A DNA stretch of 64,000 nucleotides from NCBI GenBank assembly GCA_047495785.1, contig JBLDXI010000021.1:2356001-2420000 (forward strand). The letters run 5' to 3'. How positions within the stretch are numbered: the first letter of the stretch is position 1; each line of letters begins with the position of its first letter. Both the position numbers and the translations under genes were made by a program. The stretch is from Lepidodermella squamata. Lineage: Eukaryota; Animalia; Gastrotricha. Below, piece by piece: positions 50,885 to 64,000 of the stretch. A model generated the notes under the pieces. The model saw nothing but the letters and a program-made list of their open reading frames with translations. It was not told where the DNA came from and did no database searches.

Positions 50885-51960
50885 TCAAAAGCGTGAAATA
50901 AAAAGTTCACAGAGGTATGAGTTGGTAATACAAATAACAAAACGGAGATCGCCATGAGTCAAAAGAAACTTCGGCTCTTCTATCTTCTTCTGAAAACAGA
51001 TCAGCAGATCGATGCAAGAGTTTAATTGATAGGCCTGTTTCTCATTTTTTTCAATTCCTTCCGATGAATGCGAGAGGGTGAAATTGCTGAGTAAACAATT
51101 TCACGGGGGTTCCATCGCTGTTTCTGTTGCAGCATTTGGAGAATCAGTGAATCCAATATTAGATCAGTCAGTTCCTTCGAATGTAGACTTTTCCTGGCAA
51201 ATTCAAGGGCACTCAGATAACGATCTCTTCCTTCTCGCGTCCATAGAGAAAAAGGAAATATCCCAAGTGATGAGAAGATGAACGTCAGCAACAATCGGCC
51301 CGTCCGACCATTGCCGTCGGGAAAAGGGTGTATATCAAGGAAACGCAATAAAAATGACGATGCCAATTTGATCAATCCTAGTATTTGTTTTTCTCGACAA
51401 CTTAGCACCTTGAGCCGAAGAATCGCGTTATTGAATTCATCAATAAGCTGATAAAGAAGGCCTTCAACTAGATCAGGTTCGGCATATTCGTATTGGCATT
51501 TATTAGGTCGGGCTCGATTTCGTCGAAAGTTGCCAATTTTCTTCCCAAGGACAGTGCCATTAATAAATTGCACAAATGATACAGAAAGAAGGAGATAATC
51601 CAGAGAAAACGGTGACTGCTCAATGGATATGACTTCACACCGAGAAATCAACGATTCTTTGACGAAATTTAGAGAGTTGAATAAACATACAGTTTCATCC
51701 ACTGCTCCATAATCGTCAACAGAACTTTGTGATAACTTGAAAACTTCGCTCGCCGAAACGGTTCCAGTTGATTCCATTTCATTACAGCGTAAAACCCAGC
51801 CTGCGAATTTCCTTCTTTCAGATACAGCCTGATTGGAAAGAATGAAGGGTGGAAGGTGGTTGGCGGGAATTAGAGGGATCAATCCCGATTCAATACTCTT
51901 ATACGCTCGAAGTATAAGGTCAGTCTTAGCGATATCAACTTCCGCTTCTGGTGCATCCAT
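50885..51960 (-). CDS. Fic-domain protein (copy 2), intronless; the ORF stops at 51022 but continues to 50885 after a 1-nt frameshift in an A7 run
   Basis: HPFPDGNGRTGR, GNFRR flap, YLSALE. The extended tail aligns with the C-terminus of copy 1. Confidence 0.85.
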
Positions 51961-52214
51961 CACTCGACCAAGTTGCAGAACTTTTGTAAGCGAAACCGCA
52001 GCTTACCAGTAGTTAACTAGAAGCTAGAAATATAGCCCTTCGATCACCTACAAATTCGATATCACAAATGAATAATGTTTATTTTCGAGCCTTTTGTTTG
52101 CGTTTCGTCATTTTCAAACCCATCGCGCTAAAAGTCTTGAATTTTATTTACAGTTAATAATAATTATTCATTTAATCTAAACATTTTGGAAGTATTAATT
52201 ATTTTGTGAGTTCT

Positions 52215-52227
52215 GTTGCTAGGCGAC
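52215..52227. promoter_or_regulatory. RFX X-box upstream of the ciliary gene CFAP99
   Basis: GTTGCTAGGCGAC, a near-consensus X-box ~520 nt upstream of the CFAP99 ATG. Confidence 0.6.
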
Positions 52228-52256
52228 AAGCGTCGCTCATCTATCCGCTCACGTCT

Positions 52257-52636
52257 TATCACCGCACACCACAGTATTATTTCACTATTGTTTTCTCCAT
52301 CTTATGTCCTAGTTACTAACTGGTACCTGTTACATCTGTGCTCAAAGTGTAACATTTAATTTTACCTTCTTACCTTCCACAGAAGCTCCTTTATGCTATT
52401 TAGGAAGAAATTACTATAAAGACAGACATTTCTGCTCAGCTGCTCAGCGAAAGCAATTTTTGCGAATGAAAGTATCACCGCATACCACAGTCTCTTACCA
52501 TTGTATTCCTCACGCGCCTCGCAAGCATTTTCCATCTTATGTCCTAGCTACTACCTGGGGCATCTGTGTTTAAATTGTAACATTTAATATTCAACTTTAC
52601 CTTCTTATCTTCCACAGAAGCTCCTTTGTGCTATTT
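52257..52636 (+). repeat. Imperfect direct duplication (~145-165 nt units) between Fic copy 2 and CFAP99
   Basis: tatcaccgca(c/t)accacagt ... tccatcttatgtcctag ... tgtaacatttaat ... tttaccttctta(c/t)cttccacagaagctcctt(t/g)tgctattt occurs at ~52257-52401 and ~52473-52636. Confidence 0.85.
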
Positions 52637-52743
52637 TGCTGTCGTAATCAGGAAGATAGTAATTATTGGTGAATCTATTTGTTCGCGGCACTTGTATTAT
52701 ATTTTTCAAAAATCACGGTGTTGTGAATTTTTCTATTAGATCG

Positions 52744-55322
52744 ATGGCAGCCAAAGAATTACTTACTCATTGTTATCAATTGCTGACATCGTTTAAAACA
52801 AACGACGAAGATGCCGAAATATTTGTTGAAAACTACATTACCTCCAATGGGGTGAGTACCTTTTGATTTAGCGATGTTCACTATTTTGTTTGGTTCATTA
52901 GATCTCCGATCCAATACTTGTCAAACATGTGAAAACTGTTTTCTTTGGCTGCGTCAAGTTTGAAAAAGTTATTCGCACAGTCGTGGATGCGTTTTACGCA
53001 AAAGAAGGGAGCACTGTATTACTCTCCGAAAGACATATTTACACAGGTAAATCATCATGCGATTGACCTTAGATGTTAAAGTTGAAATCACTTTCACTGC
53101 TTATGAAAAACTAGTGTTGACATATCTCATCTTGTTTTACGTGGACACGATTGGCATGCAATCATTTCGTCGAATTATTGATTCGCAGCATGTCGTTCGC
53201 ATGCACAAGGTAATTAATAAGGTTAACGGTTAACCCGTCTTCACTAAACTTCTCTTTAGTTTCTCGCTTTACTGTGCAACGAAAATAACTTATGTTCGTG
53301 GATGAAAGAAGCCTGGAAAAGAATTTACGATACCAGCTTCGTGGAAAGCAAACTACTCGAACACGTTTTAAGGTTTTTGAGATTTCAATACGGTGAAATA
53401 CTTATCATTTAATCTAATGCTATTTGTTGAAAGATGGCTTCCAGAGCTCAATGACCTAGTGATGCGGTTGGAAAGCAAAATAGCTAACGCTGAGCGAAAG
53501 CAATCGGATGACGAGGATTACGATTTAGGATTAAATGAAAAACCGAAGCGATTCACGGGTAAGTAATTTTTAGCTGGCACATAGTTGTGTAACCAATCTT
53601 TAACAGTCGCCGAGCCTTTTAAGTTGACGAAACCGAAACCTCGCGCAGTACCTGTACCCGAATTGGTAAGTATTTTCTCCCTCAAACGTTAATATTTACT
53701 TTCTCGCATTTCACAGATTGCAGACATGCCTAAAACTAAACCACCTCCTGAATCAATTTTTTCGCCCCCAAGAGAATTTGACGTGATAGAAGAAAAAAGA
53801 GAAGAAAATCGCCGCAAAGCACAAGCTCTCCTTGAGGATGCAAATGCTAATGAGTTTTCCTGCGCTGCCGCCTCCCGTACAAAGCCAGAAAAAGTTTTGC
53901 GGCGAATGGAAGAAATAAAAATGGAGCAGGATCAAAAACACGCATTCAAGCCTCCCCGGATGAATCCGACTCCAAAGAGTACCTTGCGATCTGACTTGAC
54001 CATAAAATTGAACACCGCAGCGATTTTACGAGAGAAAAAGCTATGCGAAGATATCGAGCGCGAGCAGCTGAAAAAGATAGAAGAACTAGAGAATGGTGCC
54101 TTTTCCGATGCGCAATATCGAACTTGGAAAACAGTCAAGGATCAGGAACAAGCCGAAGGTAAATGATTGGATCTGAGACATTAAAAAGGTATTTACTTTA
54201 TTTGCTGCTAGCTGTTAAAGCAGAGGCGGAACGTCGCATACTTGAAGGCCGCTTGGCGAGAGAGAAGGCTGAAGTAGCGTATGCAGAGGCAGCGGTAGAG
54301 CGAAAGAAAGCTGCTGATAGCATGAAGGAGGAAGCCAAGCTTCGCATCAAACAGTATTTGTCTGAAAGACTGGGTGAGCAAGCGGAAATGAGAAAAGCAG
54401 TTGACCAAATGGTCGCGGATCGAGGTAAAATAGCGGAATCGAAAGCGAAACTAAAGGAGATAAAGAAGAAGATGGTCCAAGAAGTGACCGCGGAAAGCCG
54501 AAGTTTGTTGGCTCAAGCTCTGGAAGAAGCGGAGGCCGAAATGCGAAAGCGAGCCGAACTAATTGCTCACATTCGTGCTTTGGAGTCAGTACCTCTGGTG
54601 CGGCAAAAGCTTTTCGACCGCACGGAGCCGGCTGGGTTTGGGTTTCTGGAAGAAATGTCCATTGCCGAGCTGGAGGAAAGAATAAACTTGGCGAAAGCTG
54701 CGCGAGAGAAGGAAGTTATGGAGCGGCAGGATATGATTGTGCAAGATAAGCGCCAAAAGCAGCAGATGCTCACCGAAGCCATGGATCGAATTGCTCGTCA
54801 TCGAATGGCTCGAAGCCGCATTGCTGCAGCTCAGAAGCTGAAAAATGAGTCAGTATTTCTTAACTTCTTAATATTCTTAGGTGTTTAAAGCTCAATCTTT
54901 TGACAGAGCTGAATCTGAGATCGAAAACACGCTATTATCATTCACTGCGACTTCTTCTAATCGTCCATTGTTGAAAACTCGCCACGACAGTATCAAGGAT
55001 CTTAACAGTATCACTGAAGAAAAACGAGCGCAGCTGAAAGAGCGGCGTATGCAGCTACTCCAGCAAATGAAGCCAACGCGATCTAGCAGCTTCACTAAAG
55101 ACAACAGTCTCATATCAACAAGTGCTGATCAGCGCCGAACCAAATTTAGGGTAAAATCAGTCGACAAATCTTATGCCTCATGAGTTATTTTTCTGCTTGT
55201 TTTAGAAACAACTGGAGGAGGGGCATTTTCAGGAGTTCGAAAAAGCCCAGCGTAAAACTGACCAAGCAATCGGCCAGGGACGCAAGAAAGATTGGGACAG
55301 CCTCAAACTCATATACTCATAA
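52744..55322 (+). CDS. CFAP99: Cilia- and flagella-associated protein 99, ~10 exons
   Basis: N-terminal helical region (VVDAFY...LTYLILF...W..IYD..FV), EPFKLTKPKPRAVPVPE, IKLNTAAILRE, GFGFLEEMSIAELEERI and long coiled coils. Confidence 0.85.
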
Positions 55323-55753
55323 GCCTGTGATACTCATTACTTTTTACGCTGTATTCAATCTGTGCCAAACAAACGAAGCCTTGTACAAAACTTTGTTAAA
55401 TTTCATAAGCGCCAAATCAGTAAATTTCATCGATTTTTCACATCTGTCGGCTTTATTTCATTAATTGCATACAAGGTTTACAGACTATGACGAATCAAAT
55501 TTTCAAATAATACGACGTTGAAATGGTTGAAATAAGAAATGTGACGAATGAGCAAGAGTGTTGCCATCTATTAGCAAACTTGATACAAAAAATGAGAAAT
55601 TTCATGCATAGCACGAGTTGGCAGATCATCGAAGCCAAAGAAACAAGAAAACAAATCGACAAGTCACAAATCGGCATTTCGAAAGATCAACAACATAAAA
55701 TGATAAAACCTATCTTTTATGATAAGGCGACTAGGAATATGAAGCTGAGAAGG

Positions 55754-58700
55754 TCAGTGATCACGAGCGGCATTACCGCTGTTTTTCTCGGCATACTTGG
55801 TTAAGTCGAGGGTGAACACTTGGCTGACGGTGATTTCATTACCAGGCTGAAAAATATGATTTAAGTCTCGATATCTGGTCACTTAGAATTGTAAATTAAG
55901 ACTTACAACAGGGCAGATGCCGATAAGAGCTTGAGCTTTGCAGAAAAATTCTTCCTTGAGCGAAATAACAATGAATTGGGTCTGCTTCCCTCGCTCTCGA
56001 ATGTAACTCGTGACTTTGGCGATGTTAGTGTTGTCAAGAGCCGCGTCGATCTCGTCGAGAACGAAGAATGGCGCCGGCTTAAAGCTGTGCAGAGCAAAAA
56101 GAAGGGCGAGGGCGGCAATCGTCTTCTCACCACCAGATAGAGAATCCATAGGACGGTAACGCTTTCCCGGCGCGATAACTTGATATTGAATTCCACCAAG
56201 GTACGGCTCATCTTGGTTATCGGCGGTGATTTCAGCCTGAGCTCCTGCGTTTCTAGCCAATGTCTTGTAAATATCGTCGATGTGGTCGGAAACGTGCTGC
56301 ATACATGCCTGGAAACGCTGCAACCGCTTGGCTTTCACTTTTTCAAACGTAGCCTGAGTTTTCTTTGCCAGTTTACGAGCCGCCTCGAATGTTGCCTCTG
56401 CGCTAGTGACGCGCTGCTGAACATCATCCAGACGCTCAATAGCTTTCAAGTTCGGGGCATGGACCTTGGAAAGCTGCTCCCTTTGTTCCGTCAACTTGGC
56501 TTTGAGACCATCGAGCGCCTTTTCGTAAGCGTCCTTCGTTTCTATTTCCGTGAGATCATCGTCCAAAATATCGTAATCGACATCAAGTTTCGCCTCGATA
56601 TCGTAGATACGCTTCGCATCTTCAGTTGAGAGGCTGTCAAGCTGACCATCGTCGACTTGCATGGCATCTGAATCCTGAGACCCGCCAGCGATTGACGTTC
56701 CACCAATTGGGACATCTTCCAGAGAACCCTTGTTGAGCGGAATTCGAATCTCCTCCAAGCGAGCTGTTTTAAACAGCATGTGGCGATCGGCTTTCAACTG
56801 CTCGAGACGATTTTCCAGAACTGTCACGTTGCGCTGAGTAGCCTGAACTTCTCGCTCATGCGTCTGGACTTGCTTCTGCGCCTCTTCTGTATGCCTTTCG
56901 TTGTCGCTCAACTGCGATTTCAACGCCATACGATGAGCCTTGTGACCTTCCAATTTCCGCGTCAAGTCGTCGATGATTTTCTTAACGTTGTCTTCCTCTT
57001 TCTTGACCGAGTCCAGCTCGTTCTCATCTTTCTTCACCTCGCGAGTCCATTTGTCGACGGTCGCTTTCGTTTTCTTGGTACGTTCGAATTCAATCTGATT
57101 TCGGAACTTGTCTGCCAATTCTTCGAACTCAAGGCGCTTACGCTCAGTCTCTTCTTGCTGCTTGACCTGTGTTTCTTCATACTGACGAATGTTAGCTACC
57201 TTGATTTTCTTACAAAAATCTGCGAAAACCACATCTTCGATCTTGTAAACCTTTTGACGCATTGGCTCAATCGTTTTCGCTTGACGATCGTCGATTCCAC
57301 GCTGAATCTCAAAAATCTTTGATTCAATGTCGCGAGACAGAGTTCGGCGCAACTCTTCCAACTCAGTTTCGTTCTGAGTGATGTGCTTCAATACGGCGTT
57401 ATAGTCCTGCTGGGTAAAGCTTATGCGTGCCTGCAAACCCTGGATTTGCGACCGGACGGAACCAAGGTCCGCATCTCGGCGGCGATAGCGTTCGACCTCG
57501 GGCAACTCTGCGCGCAGTTTTTCCTTACGACTGCGCAGCTTCGCCACTTCTTTTTCGTCCCAACGACGAGCCCTTTGACGCAAATCACTTGCACCTCCCG
57601 AAATGACACCAGATTTTTGAAACAAAGTGCCATCCAACGAAACCGACTTTTGACGCTCGTCGAGATTGAACGCAACGTGGCGAGCTGATTCAATATCGTC
57701 GCAAACCAGGGCATTCCCGCACGCAAACAGCAGCGCTTTTTGAAGAACAGGTAGGCTCGGATCGTGCTTCATAACGTCGAAGAGCAATTTGACGTTACGG
57801 GGCTCGCGGATTTCTCTGAGGCGTTCATTGATTGGCTTAGGTCTGATGTAGCTCAAAGGCATGAAAACTTCGCGCTCGATGCGTTGGTCTTTCAAGTAAC
57901 GAATGCATTGGCGGGCCGTGTCATCCGAATCGCAGACAATTGCATCCATATTACGACCAAAAACCTTAGTCACAGCGACTTGATACTTTTTCTCAGTGGG
58001 TTGGCATAAATCAAGAAGACGTCCGTAAACACCTGGAAACTGACTCTTCAGGGTGTCGATCAGTTCAGCTTTGCGAGCCTGGCCTAAATTTGGAACGAAT
58101 TAATCTGATTTTATTTACTGGTCTGCTCCAATCAAAATTACGTGAAATTTCTGACTGATCCACTGACAAATCATTCAACTGATGCACAACGCTTTCGAGC
58201 TCCTGTGTTATCTCATCATATCGTTTGCGACCTTGAACGATTTCCTGCTCGAATTTGCTTTCGTTTTCACGAGCTTCCTCCAATGCATTTTGGCTGGCCT
58301 AATTAAAAAACTTATGGGTGAATTATCAATGCTACAAAATCCTCAGAACTTACTTTCAAGTATTCCTCGAGCTTGTCCCTTCGTTTCTTGTTTTCATCCA
58401 TCTCAAGCTGTTTCTGTTGAATGCGGTTAAGCAGATCTTGCTTTTTCCGTTGTTCCGTGTGAAGGCGGTCTCGGTCCATGCGATCTTCGCGAGCCAAACC
58501 ATCCAATTCTTGTTGAAGTTGGGTGCTTTTGGTCGCAGCTTCGTCCTTCAGTCGACGGTACTCTTTCAATTGATCAGATTCGAGCCGGACATCTCGCTTT
58601 TTCGCTTCCTTGATTACATTATGCTCGAAAGTTTCTTTCTGCTTTTCGACGTCAGCAAGCTCTTGTTCAAGAACGCTCAGCTCTTTTCCGTGACTCTCGT

Positions 58701-59960
58701 TAGTCTTCTGGGCTTGAGCCAACTGCTTTTTAGACTGTTCCAATTTTTTCGTGGCATGAGCCGTCTTTTCTTTGGCTTTAATAAAGTTCGGCTGATGTTG
58801 GCCCAGATCGAGTTCCTGTTAACACCAAGTTTAAGATTTTTTATACATTCCAAGCGGGAAAGTCTCACCGTTCCTTTGATCAGCTGCTCGATGGTAGTCA
58901 ATTCGCGAGCTGTTTTGCCCTGATCTTGGCGCTTTTCCTTCAAAGCAGCCTCTAGCTTCGCTAAACGTGACTTCTGCTTCTCGAGTTCGGCATTTTTCTT
59001 ATCGAAATCTGCCTCTGCTTTGTTCATCTCATTCTCATTGTAAAGCAGCTGCAACAAGTGAATCTTGACCTGCGTATCTGACACTTCGTTAGTGAGTTGC
59101 CGATATCTGTCAGCTTCGTCTTTCTCCATTTTTGCCTCTTTTCTTTGAGCGTAGACACCCTTCCTCTTAAGAACGATTTCTTGAAAGTCGGCCTCAGCTT
59201 TCACCATTTCAGCTTTTGCTTCCTCATATTCATCGCGGAATTCGGCGGATCTGGTGAATCAAATGATTGCAAAGGTGCAATATGTATGAGTTGAAAGCAA
59301 CTGACCTGCTCATGTCCTCGAAAATTGCAGTACGTTCCTTCGCGTTCTTCATGGCAATAGTTTCAACCTGCCCTTGAAACACTAGGAAATTTTTCGACTT
59401 GATGCTGATGCCGAGGGCCTCGAGTTCGTCGGAATATTGTTGAGCGCTAACGCTCTGATCACAATAAATCACATTATTAAAATATGACAGATTACTCACA
59501 AAAAGGAGCAACTACCTTTCCGTCAATCTTGTGCTCTGAGGCGGCTCCGGCAATGATGCGAGTATAACTTTTCTCTATACCCGTGTCAATAGCTTGGAAT
59601 ACAACCATTACATAAGCTCGTGTCGCAACGGGTTTTCCAATAGGTGCTCCGTGAATAAGATCCTTAACACATTGAATAAGAATGATCAATTCAAAAAAGT
59701 CAACAAGCGTCATTTACAGGTAGTTTCTTCACGCGGAGGTTTGAAGTTTTCTCGCCCAAAACAAAGCATATCGCGTCCATCAAATTTGACTTGCCTGTGA
59801 ATTAATGTCTTGTAAATGCCAAAAGCAAAAGCTGGGTCTTACCTGATCCATTAGGTCCAATGATAGCTGAAAATGTCTTGAAGGGTCCAACTAGATGTTT
59901 CCCCTTATACGACTTGAAATTTTCAATTTCAAGCCTGTGTAAGAAATAATTTGAAGTCAT
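55754..59960 (-). CDS. SMC1: Cohesin subunit SMC1, ~9 exons
   Basis: [30 protein letters not shown] (Walker A), FLVFQG, hinge [36 protein letters not shown]. Confidence 0.97.
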
Positions 59961-61839
59961 TTGTCTATATAGCTGAAATAAGTAAGGTGGCCAATACGAA
60001 TTACAATACGAATAATAATATAGACCCAGGGCGGTTAAGACGGAATAAGATCTTGAGGAACAACATCATCAATATAAAATCCATGAGCTCCGGTGAATTT
60101 ATGTCATCTGATCATCAAAAGGTTATGCTAGCATGCGAATATAAAAACTACATATAGAGCAATGATAGAGCGATCGCTTGCTATAAAAAAAACATGGAGC
60201 GTTATAAGCGTCAGGCGCCGCATGAAGTAGTAGTAGTTCCCGTTGTATAACGTATTGCTGATCGCCAAATGAGGTCGCAACATTCAACACCTTCGCATAC
60301 CTCAGACCACAGCGACAAAAAGACGTGGATCCTCTAATGAGCAGGTCTGTTTTAGTGACTCAGCAGCCAGCAGCAAATCGACCTGCCCTTATACATTTTA
60401 ACTTGGGAACCTCAGATCACCAATGAAGCAAATCCTTGGGCCTTAGGCATAGAAAAACCCTACAGACGAAGACATTTGCCAATGCCTAGACAATAGTTGT
60501 GGCTTGGGAAAACCGCAAAGATGGAGGTCTATTTTACTGTAAAAATGAACTCCGAGTGCCTCTCAGGTTGAAGATGAAATGTTCTAGCCTGTGGAAAATA
60601 CTATTGGTGGTATCGATAGTCGACAACGGGAAACAGGCTCCTCTAACGGTCGGAATACTCAGAGGAAAAAATATCTAAATTGTTGTCGTCATCCTCAGTC
60701 AGGCCCGGTTATAGGCGTTCAGCAGAAGGGCAGAACATTCAGTACAGTCCTCTCGGATTCTTGTTGAACTAGCCACTAGGCTGGACCTTATGGTCATGTC
60801 CGCTTAGGCAACAATATAGTGTCCCCGCGGTGTTTTTTCGCAAAACACTTCACGGCAAAAAAGCGCGGCACAAAATTGAAACCGCCAAAGGTAGGATAAT
60901 GACGTATATATTAGGTAAAACCTTCTTAACTGGAAGAGGAGCAAAAATTAGAAACAGAATAACATAAAAATCAATAGGTAAAAATATTATCTGGAAATCG
61001 AGGTTGGCTAAAGTGCCGCTTTTAGCCTCTAAAGCTGAGTCCAACACATTTTTTCAGCGTGTTTGGGATCGGATTCTTTCTGCTTGTTGTGCTTCGTTGC
61101 CGCTTTACAGCGCTAATCAGCCAAGGCGACCAATGTGGTTTCCGGTTGCAAATTGGCAGACGTTTTTTTAGTAGCCGTCCGTTTTCTGTTGAAGCTGAAA
61201 GGGTTTTGTTGAAAGCTTCAAGAAGAAAATAGGCATGATGAGTGATATCCGATCAATGCCCTATGTCTGTACTTTCACAGCTGCCTGTGCTCAGAATAAC
61301 TTGATAGCTTTGAGCGTTTATCATTAATGCTATTATTACTATGATTTGCTGGTGTTTTGTTCCGGCAGCAATTCTTACGGGAGGCAGAAATGGGTCACGT
61401 TGGAAAATGTAATACCGTTGTGAAATTGGGCATTTCTTAATTAATGATGAACCTGGCTAAATTTCTGAAATTTGCTCTGAAGCCAGCGCAAATATTGAAA
61501 TGCTTGCAGCTCCCACATATCTTGCATTTGTTGCCTGGTGCCGGAGGCGAAGCATCGAGCTGCGATTAACGGAAGGAAAATTATGGTGAATTCCCCGCAC
61601 TTTTGACGATAGATTCAGATTTATACCGCTTTTACTCCAAGCTGGGTAGAGTTACCTCAATTAAAAGTTTCCTATTGAAAGTCTTGTTATTTCCTTGCGT
61701 TAGTAGTTGTAGATTGCAAAGAAGAAAATAAATTTATTGAAAGAACATGGATCGGCCTGATGTTCAAGTGTTCATATTTCACATTATATATTCCATATTT
61801 ATTCTAATTTTTGTGGTTTCATAGAGGCAATTATAAACA

Positions 61840-63344
<1,505 letters not shown>

Positions 63345-64000
63345 AATGCAGAAGTGATATATTGATGGAACGTGAGTTGGGCAAACTGGAGGTCTAGATG
63401 GCGATCCTTGTTGTTTATATTGCTTCGATGAACTGATAAGTTTCGATTCTTTTACTAGTGCTAACATTCGGCTCCTGTCTTTCGTCTGACCGGAGTTAAA
63501 ACTATTTAGGTTCCGATAAATCCGCGTACTATGTGGTGATCCGTTTTGTGGTAAAAATGAAGCTGCGAGTGAAAAACGCGTGCTATCAAGAGGCGTGAGT
63601 CTGCACATTCAGAAATGTATATTTTTGGCATGACAATATCTAGCCTATTGGGGTGGTGTGTTGGGGTGTACCGTCGTTATTATTGTGTGAGACATGTCCG
63701 CTTGTTCATCCTATACCCGGGCGCAATATCGTTGAATGTTGTAAAATTATAATTCTTCTTCGACTGTGCCTTGCCTTAATCTTTCTCGTGTTTTATGTTG
63801 GAGTCGATATTTGCTCAGCCCAGGTATAGCCTCACAGCGCGGTGTGACCGTTGATCAGGCAGCAATTGTTGTGCTCTCCTCCCAACAAGCCGCTGTGGAT
63901 GCGTTTTATGTGATCGCCATAGGCCTCAGGTGCTCCAAGCGCGCACCTAGTGTATTCATTGTACATCATAATTTACTTTCATTCAAAGTGATGATTGTAA

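Noticed and set aside
56180-58923. Several 100-200 aa hydrophobic plus-strand ORFs
   Set aside because: Antisense to the SMC1 coiled-coil (Glu/Lys codons read as Phe/Leu on the other strand).
61235-61500. Two ATGATGA boxes upstream of eRF1 considered as C/D snoRNAs or a SECIS
   Set aside because: The first has no CTGA D box. The second has CTGAs too close and no recognisable rRNA/snRNA guide. The SECIS reading lacks the 3' GA quartet and there is no upstream UGA-containing gene. An Infernal scan would settle it.

Overview
Compact eukaryotic (invertebrate animal) genomic DNA. The genes are dense and carry many ~50-60 nt spliceosomal introns, so the ORF track fragments most of them. In order, I reconstruct: the 5' part of a probable adenosine-deaminase-family gene (-, runs off the left edge), SAM synthetase (MAT), cytoplasmic methionyl-tRNA synthetase, a Ly6/three-finger protein, a secreted cyclase-family (kynurenine formamidase/isatin hydrolase-like) protein, a large CDH23/PCDH15-type cadherin (-), phosphorylase kinase gamma (-), a tightly packed co-oriented trio of mitochondrial genes (PGAM5, FASTKD5-like, TRMU), vasohibin (-), CHMP7, an alpha2-adrenergic-like amine GPCR, a small coiled-coil gene (-), two intronless non-FICD Fic-domain genes (-), CFAP99, SMC1 (-) and eRF1. 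Most notable are: (i) the tandem Fic pair, in which one copy lacks the autoinhibitory glutamate and the other has a homopolymer frameshift hiding a shared C-terminal domain; (ii) operon-like spacing with splice acceptors just ahead of start codons, suggesting SL trans-splicing; (iii) a deaminase-MAT-MetRS neighbourhood in which MAT lacks the canonical METTL16-regulated intron but has candidate RNA hairpins; (iv) a two-domain pseudo-cyclase/cyclase ectoenzyme; (v) a cadherin with up to four alternative cytoplasmic tails; (vi) several GC-AG introns. Exon boundaries were assigned by eye and no database searches were run.
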